A stretch of 64,000 bases of DNA from Salinivirgaceae bacterium. GTDB lineage: Bacteria; Bacteroidota; Bacteroidia; Bacteroidales; SZUA-534. The stretch lies in NCBI GenBank assembly GCA_030620515.1, contig JAUXEM010000001.1:2779-66778 (forward strand), written 5' to 3'. Positions 46,413 through 55,506 of this stretch are shown piece by piece. The notes beneath the pieces were generated by a model, which was given only the letters and a program-made list of their open reading frames with translations, did no database searches and was not told where the DNA came from. The first letter of the stretch is position 1. Each line of letters starts with the position of its first letter. The translations under genes were made by a program, and so were the position numbers.

Positions 46413-47240
46413 ATGATAAATAATTTAGGCATAGTAGATACAAAAAAGATAATTGCGGCGATTCATGAATCGTTTGGCCTTGATTTGAAGGATTATAATC
46501 TTACAACTTTAAAAAAACGTTTTTCGCATCTCTTATTCTATTTTAATGCCCCAATTATTGATGATTTTATTTTAGACATTAAAAGCAATAATTTTAATAA
46601 AGACGAGTTTATTGATCAGTTAATGATTGATAGCACTGAGCTATTTAGAGATCCTTCTTTTTGGAGAGAATTACGAGAGAATTATTTGCCAGACATTACA
46701 TCAACAGTAGGATCAAAAATTTGGTTAGCAGGAGTATCATCTGGTGAGGAAATTTATTCTTTAATGATTTTACTTAGAGAATCAGGATTAAGAGATAAAA
46801 TAAGAGTAGAAGTTTCATGTCCAAGTACAAAAAGAATAGAAAGGATTAGAAATGGTGGCTTTTACGACATGAAGAAAATGGAGGTTGGTGATGCTAATTA
46901 TGTTAGATTTGCAGGAGATGGAGACCTTAAAAAGCACTATACCGTTGAGGGAACAAAAGCAATTATGGATACTACTTTGTTAAATGGTGTAGAGTTTAAT
47001 ACCATGAATGTTTCTCAAGAAAATCCGTCTAAAGGATATAGAATAATTGTTTTTAGAAATATTCTTATTCAATATAATTTGCCACTATATGAGAAAGTAG
47101 TGAGAAAATTAACCCAGAATATTACTGTGGGAGGACATTTAATGATCGGAAATAAAGAAACGCTTGAGCATTCTGAAGTGGGCAAAAGAATGCAGTTAGT
47201 GAATGATATTGAGAAAATTTATAGAAAAAGATTTGACTAA
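46413..47240 (+). CDS. Divergent second CheR-like methyltransferase
   Basis: 275 aa; TELFRDPSFW and IWLAGVSSGEEIYSLMILL are retained. The post-I motif is altered to RIIVFRNILIQYN (canonical CRNVxIYF). Confidence 0.75.
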   Translation: MINNLGIVDTKKIIAAIHESFGLDLKDYNLTTLKKRFSHLLFYFNAPIIDDFILDIKSNNFNKDEFIDQLMIDSTELFRDPSFWRELRENYLPDITSTVGSKIWLAGVSSGEEIYSLMILLRESGLRDKIRVEVSCPSTKRIERIRNGGFYDMKKMEVGDANYVRFAGDGDLKKHYTVEGTKAIMDTTLLNGVEFNTMNVSQENPSKGYRIIVFRNILIQYNLPLYEKVVRKLTQNITVGGHLMIGNKETLEHSEVGKRMQLVNDIEKIYRKRFD

Positions 47241-47241
47241 T

Positions 47242-47805
47242 ATGGACTATAAGGCTGTTATAATAGGAGGTTCTGCAGGAAGCTTTCAGGTAATTACTAA
47301 GATAATTGCCTCGTTGCCTGAGAATTATTCTTTGCCTGTTATTTTATGTCTTCATAGGCTAAAGCATGTTAGATCCGGATTTGTTGAAGCCTTATCCATA
47401 AAATCTAAAATGCCTATTCTTGAGCCAAACGATAAAGATCCTATAAAAGCAGGTAAAATTTATTTAGCACCTGCAAATTATCATATGTATGTTGAGCTTG
47501 GAAATAGATTCACTTTATCAACAGAGGATGTAGTTAATCATTCTCGACCATCTATTGATTTATCTTTTTCTTCGGCATCATACAATTATAAACGTAAATT
47601 AGTAGGAATTATATTAAGTGGAGCAAACAAAGATGGAGCACTAGGGCTTAAAGCAGTTAATGATTCTGGTGGGTTAACAATTGTTCAAGACCCAAGCGAC
47701 TGTCAGGTTCCAACCATGACTCAAGCTGCAATAAGTGCCACAGAAGTAGATCATGTTTATAATACAAGAAAAATTATAGAATTTTTACTAAATTTAGATA
47801 GTTAA
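47242..47805 (+). CDS. cheB: CheB-type methylesterase catalytic domain, no receiver domain
   Basis: The ATG at 47242 lies 1 nt after the CheR' stop and gives MDYKAVIIGGSAGSFQV. Residues matching the Ser/His/Asp triad contexts are present (GGSAGS, CLHRLKH, NKDGALG..GGLTIVQDP). 187 aa, too short for a REC domain. Confidence 0.85.
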   Translation: MDYKAVIIGGSAGSFQVITKIIASLPENYSLPVILCLHRLKHVRSGFVEALSIKSKMPILEPNDKDPIKAGKIYLAPANYHMYVELGNRFTLSTEDVVNHSRPSIDLSFSSASYNYKRKLVGIILSGANKDGALGLKAVNDSGGLTIVQDPSDCQVPTMTQAAISATEVDHVYNTRKIIEFLLNLDS

Positions 47806-47930
47806 TATGAATCATTCATGGCAAATTGCTTAAAACACATAACCATGATTAATAATGTACTACAGAATTGGAAAGAAAAATTGGCGGAGTGGATATTCCA
47901 TCTGGCAATTGAAAATTATAATATAAACAG

Positions 47931-48695
47931 ATGAATGAGTTTCGTTTACATAAGCGCAGATTACTAATTAATTTATCAATATTTTTGATACTAATTGTAG
48001 TTTCATTATTTATGATAATTGATGGAGCCTCTGCATTTAAGCAGCAATGGAGGATAATTGCAATTATGTGTATTTTATTAATTGAGATACCTGTTGTAGT
48101 AAGTTCTGTATTAATATCACTTAAAGTTATTAACTCAATAATAAAAGAAGCGAATTCAAATAAAGTACTCCAAGAGACTGAATTAAATAATTATGAAAAA
48201 GAAGTAGAGGAAAAAGTAAAAGAAGCAGATGATTTAACATTTAACTTAAATAGATTAATTGCTGATGTTGGGAAACATGAGGACTGGGACAAATTTGGCT
48301 TAGGCTTATTAAATGGTATTAGTAAGCAATTGGAGATTATAACAGGCTTAGTTTATAAACACAGTAAAGAAGAGGGATTATATAAGTCGACAGCTACCTA
48401 CGCCTATTATTCAGAACAAAAACCCTCAGATTTTAAAGAAGGAGAGGGGTTAGCGGGGCAAGTAGTAAAAGACAATAAAGCTATTTTTCTTTCCGATATT
48501 CCAGAAGGTTATGTTGAGGTAGTTTCTGGCTTGGGGAATAATAAACCTAGTCATTTAGTAATTTTGCCAATATATAAGAATAACAATGTAGTTGGTATTG
48601 TAGAATTAGCATCATTTAAATCATTTGGAGACAGCTTTGCCAGACGAATTAAAGATATTTCAGAAAGCTTTGGTAATTTAGCACCAGTAGTATAA
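47931..48695 (+). CDS. Two-TM membrane protein with C-terminal GAF domain
   Basis: 254 aa; TM helices LLINLSIFLILIVVSLFMII and IIAIMCILLIEIPVVVSSVLISL. The GAF-like region GEGLAGQVVKDNKAIFLSDIP..VILPIYKNNNVVGIVELASF is paralogous to the GAF of the next gene. Confidence 0.75.
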   Translation: MNEFRLHKRRLLINLSIFLILIVVSLFMIIDGASAFKQQWRIIAIMCILLIEIPVVVSSVLISLKVINSIIKEANSNKVLQETELNNYEKEVEEKVKEADDLTFNLNRLIADVGKHEDWDKFGLGLLNGISKQLEIITGLVYKHSKEEGLYKSTATYAYYSEQKPSDFKEGEGLAGQVVKDNKAIFLSDIPEGYVEVVSGLGNNKPSHLVILPIYKNNNVVGIVELASFKSFGDSFARRIKDISESFGNLAPVV

Positions 48696-48714
48696 GAATA
48701 AACTAAAGAGATAG

Positions 48715-51339
48715 ATGAATAAAATTGCAGAAAAGATTGCCAATTTAGTAATATTCAGGGTTAATAACCGAGTAAATTACACTCTAGGATTATTAATATT
48801 TGGATTATTGATTCCATTTTTAAGTTGGATAATTGGTTTTATTTTTACTGACATCTCAATTTCCTTAGCCGGATTATGGGAAATGCATAAGGCAGCCCCT
48901 GTTTATTTTATTGTTGATTTATCCCCATTAATTCTTGGAGGTGTAGGTTATATTGTCACAATATCGCATCAAACAACTGAAAATGAAATGGGTAACATTA
49001 TTGAAGAGAAGGATAATGTTATAAATATGAATGCTCGTTTTGCTAAAAAAATTGGCAATGGAGATCTTAGTGTTTCTGACGAAGATATAGATGACAATGA
49101 TATTCTTGGACAATCTCTTAAAATAATGAGAGAAAATTTATCAAGAACCAATGAAAATGAGAAACAACAAAATTGGATAGCAAAAGGTAAAGATATTGTA
49201 TCGGATATTTTGCGTATGCAGAATGACCTAGATACCCTGTCATACACAACTCTTGTTGAGTTAATAAAATATATAAATGTTTTACAAGGAGCATTTTACA
49301 TTTACGATAGTGAAGAAAAAAAACTTAGCAATACTGCTACATTTGCTTATAATAGACAAAAGTTTTTAACTCAGGAATTCGCTATAGGAGAAGGCTTGGT
49401 TGGACAATGTGCTTATGAAATGGCAACTATTTTTAGACGTGAAATACCTAAAGAGTATGTTACAATCTCTTCAGGAATTATGGGTGATAAGAAGCCCTCG
49501 TCATTGTTACTAGTACCGTTAATAACCGATGACAAGCTTCAAGGAGTCATGGAATTTGCATCTCTTGATAATGATATTGATGAACTATCTATTAGATTCT
49601 TAGAAGAACTAAGTGACATTATTGCGCGAACCATTTTTAATCTTAAAGTAAACACACGCACAGAAAAACTTTTGAAAGATGCTCAAGAAATGACAAATGA
49701 GCTGCAGGAAAATGAGGAAGAGCTTAGGCAGAATGCCGAAGAAATGCGTGCAACACATGAGGAATTAGAAAAATCCAATAGTAATCTTGGAACTCAAATA
49801 AAAGAAGTTGAAAATGCCCAAAAACGATTGCACTCTTTGCTTGAAAATGCATCAGAGATAATTTCCATTTACGATGAAGAGATGAAGCTAAAATACATTA
49901 GTCCATCTGTTTTAAACATATATGGTTATTCTGTTGAAGAAATGATGGATGGTAAGGATTTAGATAGACTAACAGCAAAAGGAGTAAAAGAGTTCTCTGA
50001 AATGTTTGTTAACTTAAGGGAAAATCCTGGTCATGCAGAAACTATTCAGTATACCTATATGCGTAAGGATGGTCAGAAAATATTCATTGAGTCTATTGGA
50101 CGAAACCTGCTCAATGATCAAGCAATAGGTGGAATTCTTGTAAACTCACAAGACATAACAGAACGAAAACGTGCAGAGAAAGAGGAACGCATGAAAAGTA
50201 AAATGCAATCTTTGTCTGAGAATTCCCCCGATATGATTATTAGATTAAGTCCAACGGGTCAATTCTTTTATGCCAACCCAATTGTAAAAATATTTACAGG
50301 CGTTGATAATAACGAGATTATAAAAAGTAGACTTACCGAGGTTGAGTTTAAAAAAGAGATTAAGGATTTCTTTATTGAATCTATAAAAACGGTTAAATCG
50401 TCATTGCAAAAAACAAATTCTGAAACTACCTTTCCTACAAATTTTGGCGATAGAATTATGCAGGTAAATGCTATACCAGAATTTAGTGATGATAAAGATT
50501 TGGAAACTATTTTATTTGTTGCTCATGATATTACTGAGCAAAAAAAGATTGAACAAGTAGTTAAAGAGAAGAATAGGGCTGTTGCTGAAAGTATTAATTA
50601 TGCCCAAAGAATTCAAACATCAATTTTACCAAACACGAAATTTGTTCAAGAGTTTCTGCCAAAATCATTTATTTATTATAAACCTCGAGATGTTGTAAGT
50701 GGAGACTTTCCATGGTTTTTTAAGAAGGGAGATGATATTTTTATTGCAGCTGTTGATTGTACGGGACATGGGGTTCCAGGTGCATTATTGTCATTTGTTG
50801 GTTACTTTATTTTGAATAATGTAGTAGATCATTACCATGATATAGATGCAGGAGTAATTTTAGACAAGCTTCATGAGGGAGTAAGAAAAACTTTAAAACA
50901 AGATAGAATTGACTCCGATGCAAGAGATGGTATGGATATTGCTCTTTGTAAGATTAATTTGAAAACTAATTTGTTGGAATACTCAGGAGCACATCGTCCA
51001 TTATATCTACTGCGTAACAATGAGTTGAGTGAATATAAGGGCAATCGAAAAGCAATTGGTGGAATACCACATGGTAAAAAACCAGAAAAAGATTTCGAAA
51101 ATCACTCAATTAATTTGGAAAATGGCGATAAAGTCTTTTTCTTTTCCGATGGTTTACCAGATCAAATTGGTGGACCAGATAGAAGAAAATATCAAGCCAA
51201 AAGAATTAGAGAAGCTATTACTCAAAATCCAGACTTTATGATGGAGGATTATGAAGGTTATTTTTCTGATGATTTTGAACAATGGAAAGGTGATATTAAG
51301 CAAATTGATGATGTATTATTAATAGGTATAGAATTTTAA
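48715..51339 (+). CDS. Membrane GAF - coiled coil - PAS - PAS - PP2C (SpoIIE/SiaA-like) serine/threonine phosphatase
   Basis: 874 aa; two TM helices, GAF (GEGLVGQCAYEMATIF..LVPLITDDKLQGVMEFASL), an E/Q-rich coiled coil, two PAS units (..SIYDEEMKLKYISPSV.., ..MIIRLSPTGQFFYANP..), and a SpoIIE domain (YAQRIQTSILP, VSGDFPWFF, AAVDCTGHGVPGALLS, SDGLPDQ). Confidence 0.85.
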   Translation: MNKIAEKIANLVIFRVNNRVNYTLGLLIFGLLIPFLSWIIGFIFTDISISLAGLWEMHKAAPVYFIVDLSPLILGGVGYIVTISHQTTENEMGNIIEEKDNVINMNARFAKKIGNGDLSVSDEDIDDNDILGQSLKIMRENLSRTNENEKQQNWIAKGKDIVSDILRMQNDLDTLSYTTLVELIKYINVLQGAFYIYDSEEKKLSNTATFAYNRQKFLTQEFAIGEGLVGQCAYEMATIFRREIPKEYVTISSGIMGDKKPSSLLLVPLITDDKLQGVMEFASLDNDIDELSIRFLEELSDIIARTIFNLKVNTRTEKLLKDAQEMTNELQENEEELRQNAEEMRATHEELEKSNSNLGTQIKEVENAQKRLHSLLENASEIISIYDEEMKLKYISPSVLNIYGYSVEEMMDGKDLDRLTAKGVKEFSEMFVNLRENPGHAETIQYTYMRKDGQKIFIESIGRNLLNDQAIGGILVNSQDITERKRAEKEERMKSKMQSLSENSPDMIIRLSPTGQFFYANPIVKIFTGVDNNEIIKSRLTEVEFKKEIKDFFIESIKTVKSSLQKTNSETTFPTNFGDRIMQVNAIPEFSDDKDLETILFVAHDITEQKKIEQVVKEKNRAVAESINYAQRIQTSILPNTKFVQEFLPKSFIYYKPRDVVSGDFPWFFKKGDDIFIAAVDCTGHGVPGALLSFVGYFILNNVVDHYHDIDAGVILDKLHEGVRKTLKQDRIDSDARDGMDIALCKINLKTNLLEYSGAHRPLYLLRNNELSEYKGNRKAIGGIPHGKKPEKDFENHSINLENGDKVFFFSDGLPDQIGGPDRRKYQAKRIREAITQNPDFMMEDYEGYFSDDFEQWKGDIKQIDDVLLIGIEF

Positions 51340-51356
51340 TTATAAAAAAACCAATT

Positions 51357-51941
51357 ATGGCTGGGAAAGGTGCAGATACAAAAGATTTTCTGGATTTCGT
51401 TTATAGCTTTCATGAATCAATGGAACAGCATAAAGTTCTTTTGGTATATGAGGGAGAAATAACCCACCAGATAACTAAAGCTTTTACTTCTTTAACAGAA
51501 AATAATATGGAGGTTGAAGAAGAGGCTCACTCTACACAAAAGAAAGTTTTTCATGTTATGGTAGAATGTTTACAGAATGTTGGCAAACATGCAGAAAACT
51601 ATCGTAAAAATGAAAGTAGAAAAGATGGTAAAGGAGCATTTTTACTAAGCAGAACTGAAGAAGACTACTTTATTACAACTGGTAATAAAGTAAACTCTGA
51701 AAAGGTTTCTGAGATGGTAGAGGTTTTAGAAAAAATTAATAGTCTCGATAGAGATGGATTGAAAAAGCTATATAAATTACAAATAAGGGAAGGTCGTCTT
51801 TCTAATAAAGGAGGAGCTGGTCTTGGCTTTATTGATATTGCTAAGAAAACGGGGAATTCATTAAACTATAAGTTTATACCTATTAATAGTGATTTTTCTT
51901 TTTTTGTGTTGAGTTGTAAAATTTCAAGAAATAATAATTAA
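51357..51941 (+). CDS. SiaB-like (DUF6272/HATPase-like) partner-switch protein kinase
   Basis: 194 aa; HKVLLVYEGEITHQITKAF, VMVECLQNVGKHA (N-box-like), GGAGLGFIDIAKKTG (G2-box-like). Sits between the PP2C and DUF1987 genes, as in siaABC. Confidence 0.7.
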   Translation: MAGKGADTKDFLDFVYSFHESMEQHKVLLVYEGEITHQITKAFTSLTENNMEVEEEAHSTQKKVFHVMVECLQNVGKHAENYRKNESRKDGKGAFLLSRTEEDYFITTGNKVNSEKVSEMVEVLEKINSLDRDGLKKLYKLQIREGRLSNKGGAGLGFIDIAKKTGNSLNYKFIPINSDFSFFVLSCKISRNNN

Positions 51942-51951
51942 AAACTTAATT

Positions 51952-52335
51952 ATGGAGGTTATAAAAATAGTAGGAACCGATGATACTCCTAGTGTAACAT
52001 TTGATGCTGCTAATGAGATTTTCGAAGTTTCAGGTCGTTCGTTACCGGAAGATGTTGCTGCTTTCTACGAGCCAATTTTAGAATGGCTTGAAAGATATTC
52101 AGAAGAAGCTATTGCAAAAACAGTATTTAATTTTAAGCTTGTTTACTTTAATACTGCTAGCTCAAAAATGCTATTAGATATTCTTTTGAAGCTTGAGGAA
52201 ATGTATGAGTCTGGCAAGGACGTATTAGTTCGCTGGCATTTTCCTGAAGACGATGAGGATATGGAAGAAGCAGGAGAAGAATATGCTGATATAGTAGAAG
52301 TTCCGTTTGAGCAAATTAGCTATCCAATGGATTAA
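51952..52335 (+). CDS. DUF1987 (SiaC-like) partner-switch phosphoprotein
   Basis: 127 aa; TPSVTFDAANEIFEVSGRSLPEDVAAFYEPILEWL and FKLVYFNTASSKMLLDIL are the DUF1987 hallmarks. Confidence 0.8.
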   Translation: MEVIKIVGTDDTPSVTFDAANEIFEVSGRSLPEDVAAFYEPILEWLERYSEEAIAKTVFNFKLVYFNTASSKMLLDILLKLEEMYESGKDVLVRWHFPEDDEDMEEAGEEYADIVEVPFEQISYPMD

Positions 52336-52388
52336 AGCTTTGTATGTGGTAAAGTTATACTACATAATGTAAATTAATATCCGATAGG

Positions 52389-55300
52389 ATGAGTGAAGAG
52401 ATTTTAAAAGCGTTGATGCGACTGTTTGCTATTATAGCAAAACAAGATGGTGGTGTTGAAGATAATGAAATTGACTTTGTTGAAAATTTCTTGACCTCTC
52501 AATTAAGCTCTGATTTTGTTGAAGAATACATGGCATTGTTTTATAAGCATGCTGGTATTGAAAGTCGTGAAGAGAATAGAGCTAATAGAGAAAATGGTGA
52601 AATTAAACTTACATCTGTTAAGGATTCTGTTAAGATACTTGGTATTTGTAAAAAGATTAATAAAACCCTTACACAGGAGCAAAAAGTTGTTGTGCTTGTT
52701 CGTTTATTTGAATTAGTTGCTGCTGACAGAAAGTTTTCGGAACAAAGAATGGCTATTATTAACACAGTAGCCGAAGTTTTTAATATCTCTACCGAAGAAC
52801 TCGAAAGTATAAATACATTCGTTATTAAGGAACAGTATATTGATCTTGATATTTCAAGCATTCTTTTAGTTAATGATAAACATATTGAATGCGAGAATGC
52901 AAAGCATATTAAAATTGAAGAACTTGATAAGGATGTCTATATTCTAAAGATAATAAGTGTTGAACTTTATTTTCTTCGATATACAGGTAACCAAGTATTA
53001 TTATTAAATGGTTTACCAGTAAGAACAAGTAATATATATCTGTTTGCACATGGTAGTGCTATTCGTTTTCCAAAAGGCAAGCCAGTTTATTATAGCGATA
53101 TAGTTTCCAAATTTATGAGCGATATTACCTCAGCTCATATTACCTATAATGTAAACGATGTAGAGTTCAAATTTCCAAATGGTACAATTGGCTTACGCGA
53201 CATTAACTTGTCGGAAGAACAAGGACGTCTTATTGGAATAATGGGGGCTAGTGGTGCCGGAAAAACCACTTTATTAAATGTTTTAACAGGTATTGAAACT
53301 CCCTCTCAAGGTGAAGTATTAATAAATGGCATTAACCTTCATACAGAAAAGGAAAAAATGGAAGGGGTAATTGGATATATCCCTCAAGACGATTTATTAA
53401 TTGAGGAACTTACCGTTTACCAGAATCTATATTTTAATGCTAAACTTTGTTTTAAAAACTTTAGTGAAGATGAATTGCACAAAAAAGTTACTTCTACTCT
53501 TGAAAGCCTTGGTTTGCTCGACAGAAAAGATCTTAAAGTGGGATCGCCACTCAACAAAACAATTAGTGGAGGACAACGTAAGCGTCTTAATATTGCATTA
53601 GAATTAATTCGAGAACCACCGATTCTATTTGTTGATGAACCAACCTCTGGACTTTCATCACGCGATTCTGAAAATGTAATGGATTTACTACGAGAGCTTG
53701 CCATGAAAGGAAAGCTTATTTTTGTAGTAATTCATCAACCATCATCGGAAATATACAAAATGTTCGACCGAATGGTTATACTCGATACTGGTGGTTATTT
53801 AATTTACTATGGTAATCCAGTTGAAGCAGTAACTTATTTTAAAAAAATAGATGCCCAAATTAATAGCAATCAAGGCGAGTGTCAAACATGCGGAAATGTT
53901 AATCCAGAGTTAATATTTAATATTATTGATGCGCAGGTTGTTGATGAATTTGGTCGTTACACGAATAAGAGAAAGATTATTCCAACAGAATGGGAACGAA
54001 AATATAAAGAAAAGCACGAGCTAGAAAAACATAAAGACCAAGAAAAGGAACCTCCAAAATCATTAAATATACCCTCTTGGTTTAAGCAAATGCTTATTTA
54101 TTTTAAGCGAGACTCACTTGCAAAAATAAGTAACCGTCAGTATATATTACTTAATATACTTGAAGCTCCGCTACTAGGGTTTATTTTAGCATTTCTAATC
54201 AGATACATTGCAGATCCGAATTCTAAAATATACATATTCAGAGAAAATGAAAATATCCCTGTGTATATTTTTATGAGTATGATTGTGGCTATGTTCCTTG
54301 GACTAATGGTTAGTGGTGAAGAGATTTTTAAAGACAGGAAAATTCTTAAACGAGAAGCCTTTTTAAATTTAAGCCGCTCAAGTTACCTTACTTCCAAAAT
54401 ATCTATTCTTATAATTTTATCTGCAATTCAAGCATTACTTTTTGTTCTTGTAGGTAATCTTATTTTAGACATTAGGGGTTTATGGTTTGAATATTGGTGG
54501 GCTCTTTTTACAATAGCAACATTCTCTAATGTTTTAGGCTTAAACTTATCGTCTGCATTTAACTCAGCAGTTACTATTTATATTATGATACCGCTTGTAA
54601 TGATACCACAAATGGCATTAGGAGGGGCTATGTTTAGTTTTGATAAATTAAATCGTGCTGTTGGTAGCATTGAAGGTGTACCCCCTGTTTGTGAATTCAT
54701 GGCTACTCGTTGGGTGTACGAAGGGTTAATGGTTAGGCAATTTAAGGATAATAAATTCGAAAAAGACTACTTTGACCTTGAGCAGAAGATGAGCATTGCT
54801 GATTTTAAAAATGTATATTATTTGCCAGAACTTAATGATCGTATTGACTATTGTATTCGTGCTATTAATACCGAAAATGACACCATAAAGATACAGATAA
54901 GCGAGAGACTAGCTCTGCTTAAAAATGAAATAAGCAAAGAATTAGTGCGTGTGCCTAAAATAAAATACGAACATATTAATGATTTAACCATAGAAAAATT
55001 TACTCCTGAAATAGGATTGGCTACTTCAGAATATGTAAAGAAACTGGAGATATTTTACGCAACACTTTTCTCAGAAGCAAATAAAAAGAAGCAAGCTACT
55101 ATTGGATATCTAGATGAGAATTATCCAGGTGTTTACCTTGCAAAAAGACAAGCATATCACAACGAAGCTGCTGGCGATATTGTAAAGAAAATATATGAAA
55201 AGAATAAAATAATTGCGTATAAAGATAGACTAATTCAACAAGTTGACCCTATTTATGAGATTCCTTGGGTTAAACATTCTTTTAATTTTAGGGCGCAGTT

Positions 55301-55445
55301 TTACTCACCTACAAAACATTTTGCAGGTAAAAATATTGATACTTTCTGGTTTAACATGTGGGTAGTTTGGGTAATGTCTATTGTGGGCTTTGTTGCTTTA
55401 TATTATGATTGGTTGAAGAAGATTCTGAATATATTTCAAAAATGA
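52389..55445 (+). CDS. TerB-like N-terminal domain fused to ABC-G-type ATPase and ABC-2 permease (half transporter)
   Basis: 1018 aa. Residues 1-150 form two TerB-like helical repeats (LMRLFAIIAKQDGGVEDNEIDFV..; LVRLFELVAADRKFSEQRMAII). Walker A GASGAGKTT, signature ISGGQRKRLNIA, Walker B ILFVDEPTSGL, then about 6 TM helices with a large insertion before the last TM. Confidence 0.85.
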   Translation: MSEEILKALMRLFAIIAKQDGGVEDNEIDFVENFLTSQLSSDFVEEYMALFYKHAGIESREENRANRENGEIKLTSVKDSVKILGICKKINKTLTQEQKVVVLVRLFELVAADRKFSEQRMAIINTVAEVFNISTEELESINTFVIKEQYIDLDISSILLVNDKHIECENAKHIKIEELDKDVYILKIISVELYFLRYTGNQVLLLNGLPVRTSNIYLFAHGSAIRFPKGKPVYYSDIVSKFMSDITSAHITYNVNDVEFKFPNGTIGLRDINLSEEQGRLIGIMGASGAGKTTLLNVLTGIETPSQGEVLINGINLHTEKEKMEGVIGYIPQDDLLIEELTVYQNLYFNAKLCFKNFSEDELHKKVTSTLESLGLLDRKDLKVGSPLNKTISGGQRKRLNIALELIREPPILFVDEPTSGLSSRDSENVMDLLRELAMKGKLIFVVIHQPSSEIYKMFDRMVILDTGGYLIYYGNPVEAVTYFKKIDAQINSNQGECQTCGNVNPELIFNIIDAQVVDEFGRYTNKRKIIPTEWERKYKEKHELEKHKDQEKEPPKSLNIPSWFKQMLIYFKRDSLAKISNRQYILLNILEAPLLGFILAFLIRYIADPNSKIYIFRENENIPVYIFMSMIVAMFLGLMVSGEEIFKDRKILKREAFLNLSRSSYLTSKISILIILSAIQALLFVLVGNLILDIRGLWFEYWWALFTIATFSNVLGLNLSSAFNSAVTIYIMIPLVMIPQMALGGAMFSFDKLNRAVGSIEGVPPVCEFMATRWVYEGLMVRQFKDNKFEKDYFDLEQKMSIADFKNVYYLPELNDRIDYCIRAINTENDTIKIQISERLALLKNEISKELVRVPKIKYEHINDLTIEKFTPEIGLATSEYVKKLEIFYATLFSEANKKKQATIGYLDENYPGVYLAKRQAYHNEAAGDIVKKIYEKNKIIAYKDRLIQQVDPIYEIPWVKHSFNFRAQFYSPTKHFAGKNIDTFWFNMWVVWVMSIVGFVALYYDWLKKILNIFQK

Positions 55446-55506
55446 TACACCGAATACCTTTTTTTTGTTAATAAAAAAGGCTTATTTTTATAAAAAATTA
55501 ATACTC

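Noticed and set aside
52860-53200. FHA-like or PilZ-like domain in the linker between the TerB-like head and the ABC ATPase
   Set aside because: No diagnostic motif (e.g. G-R..S-x-x-H for FHA, RxxxR/DxSxxG for PilZ) could be found by eye. The region is left unassigned.
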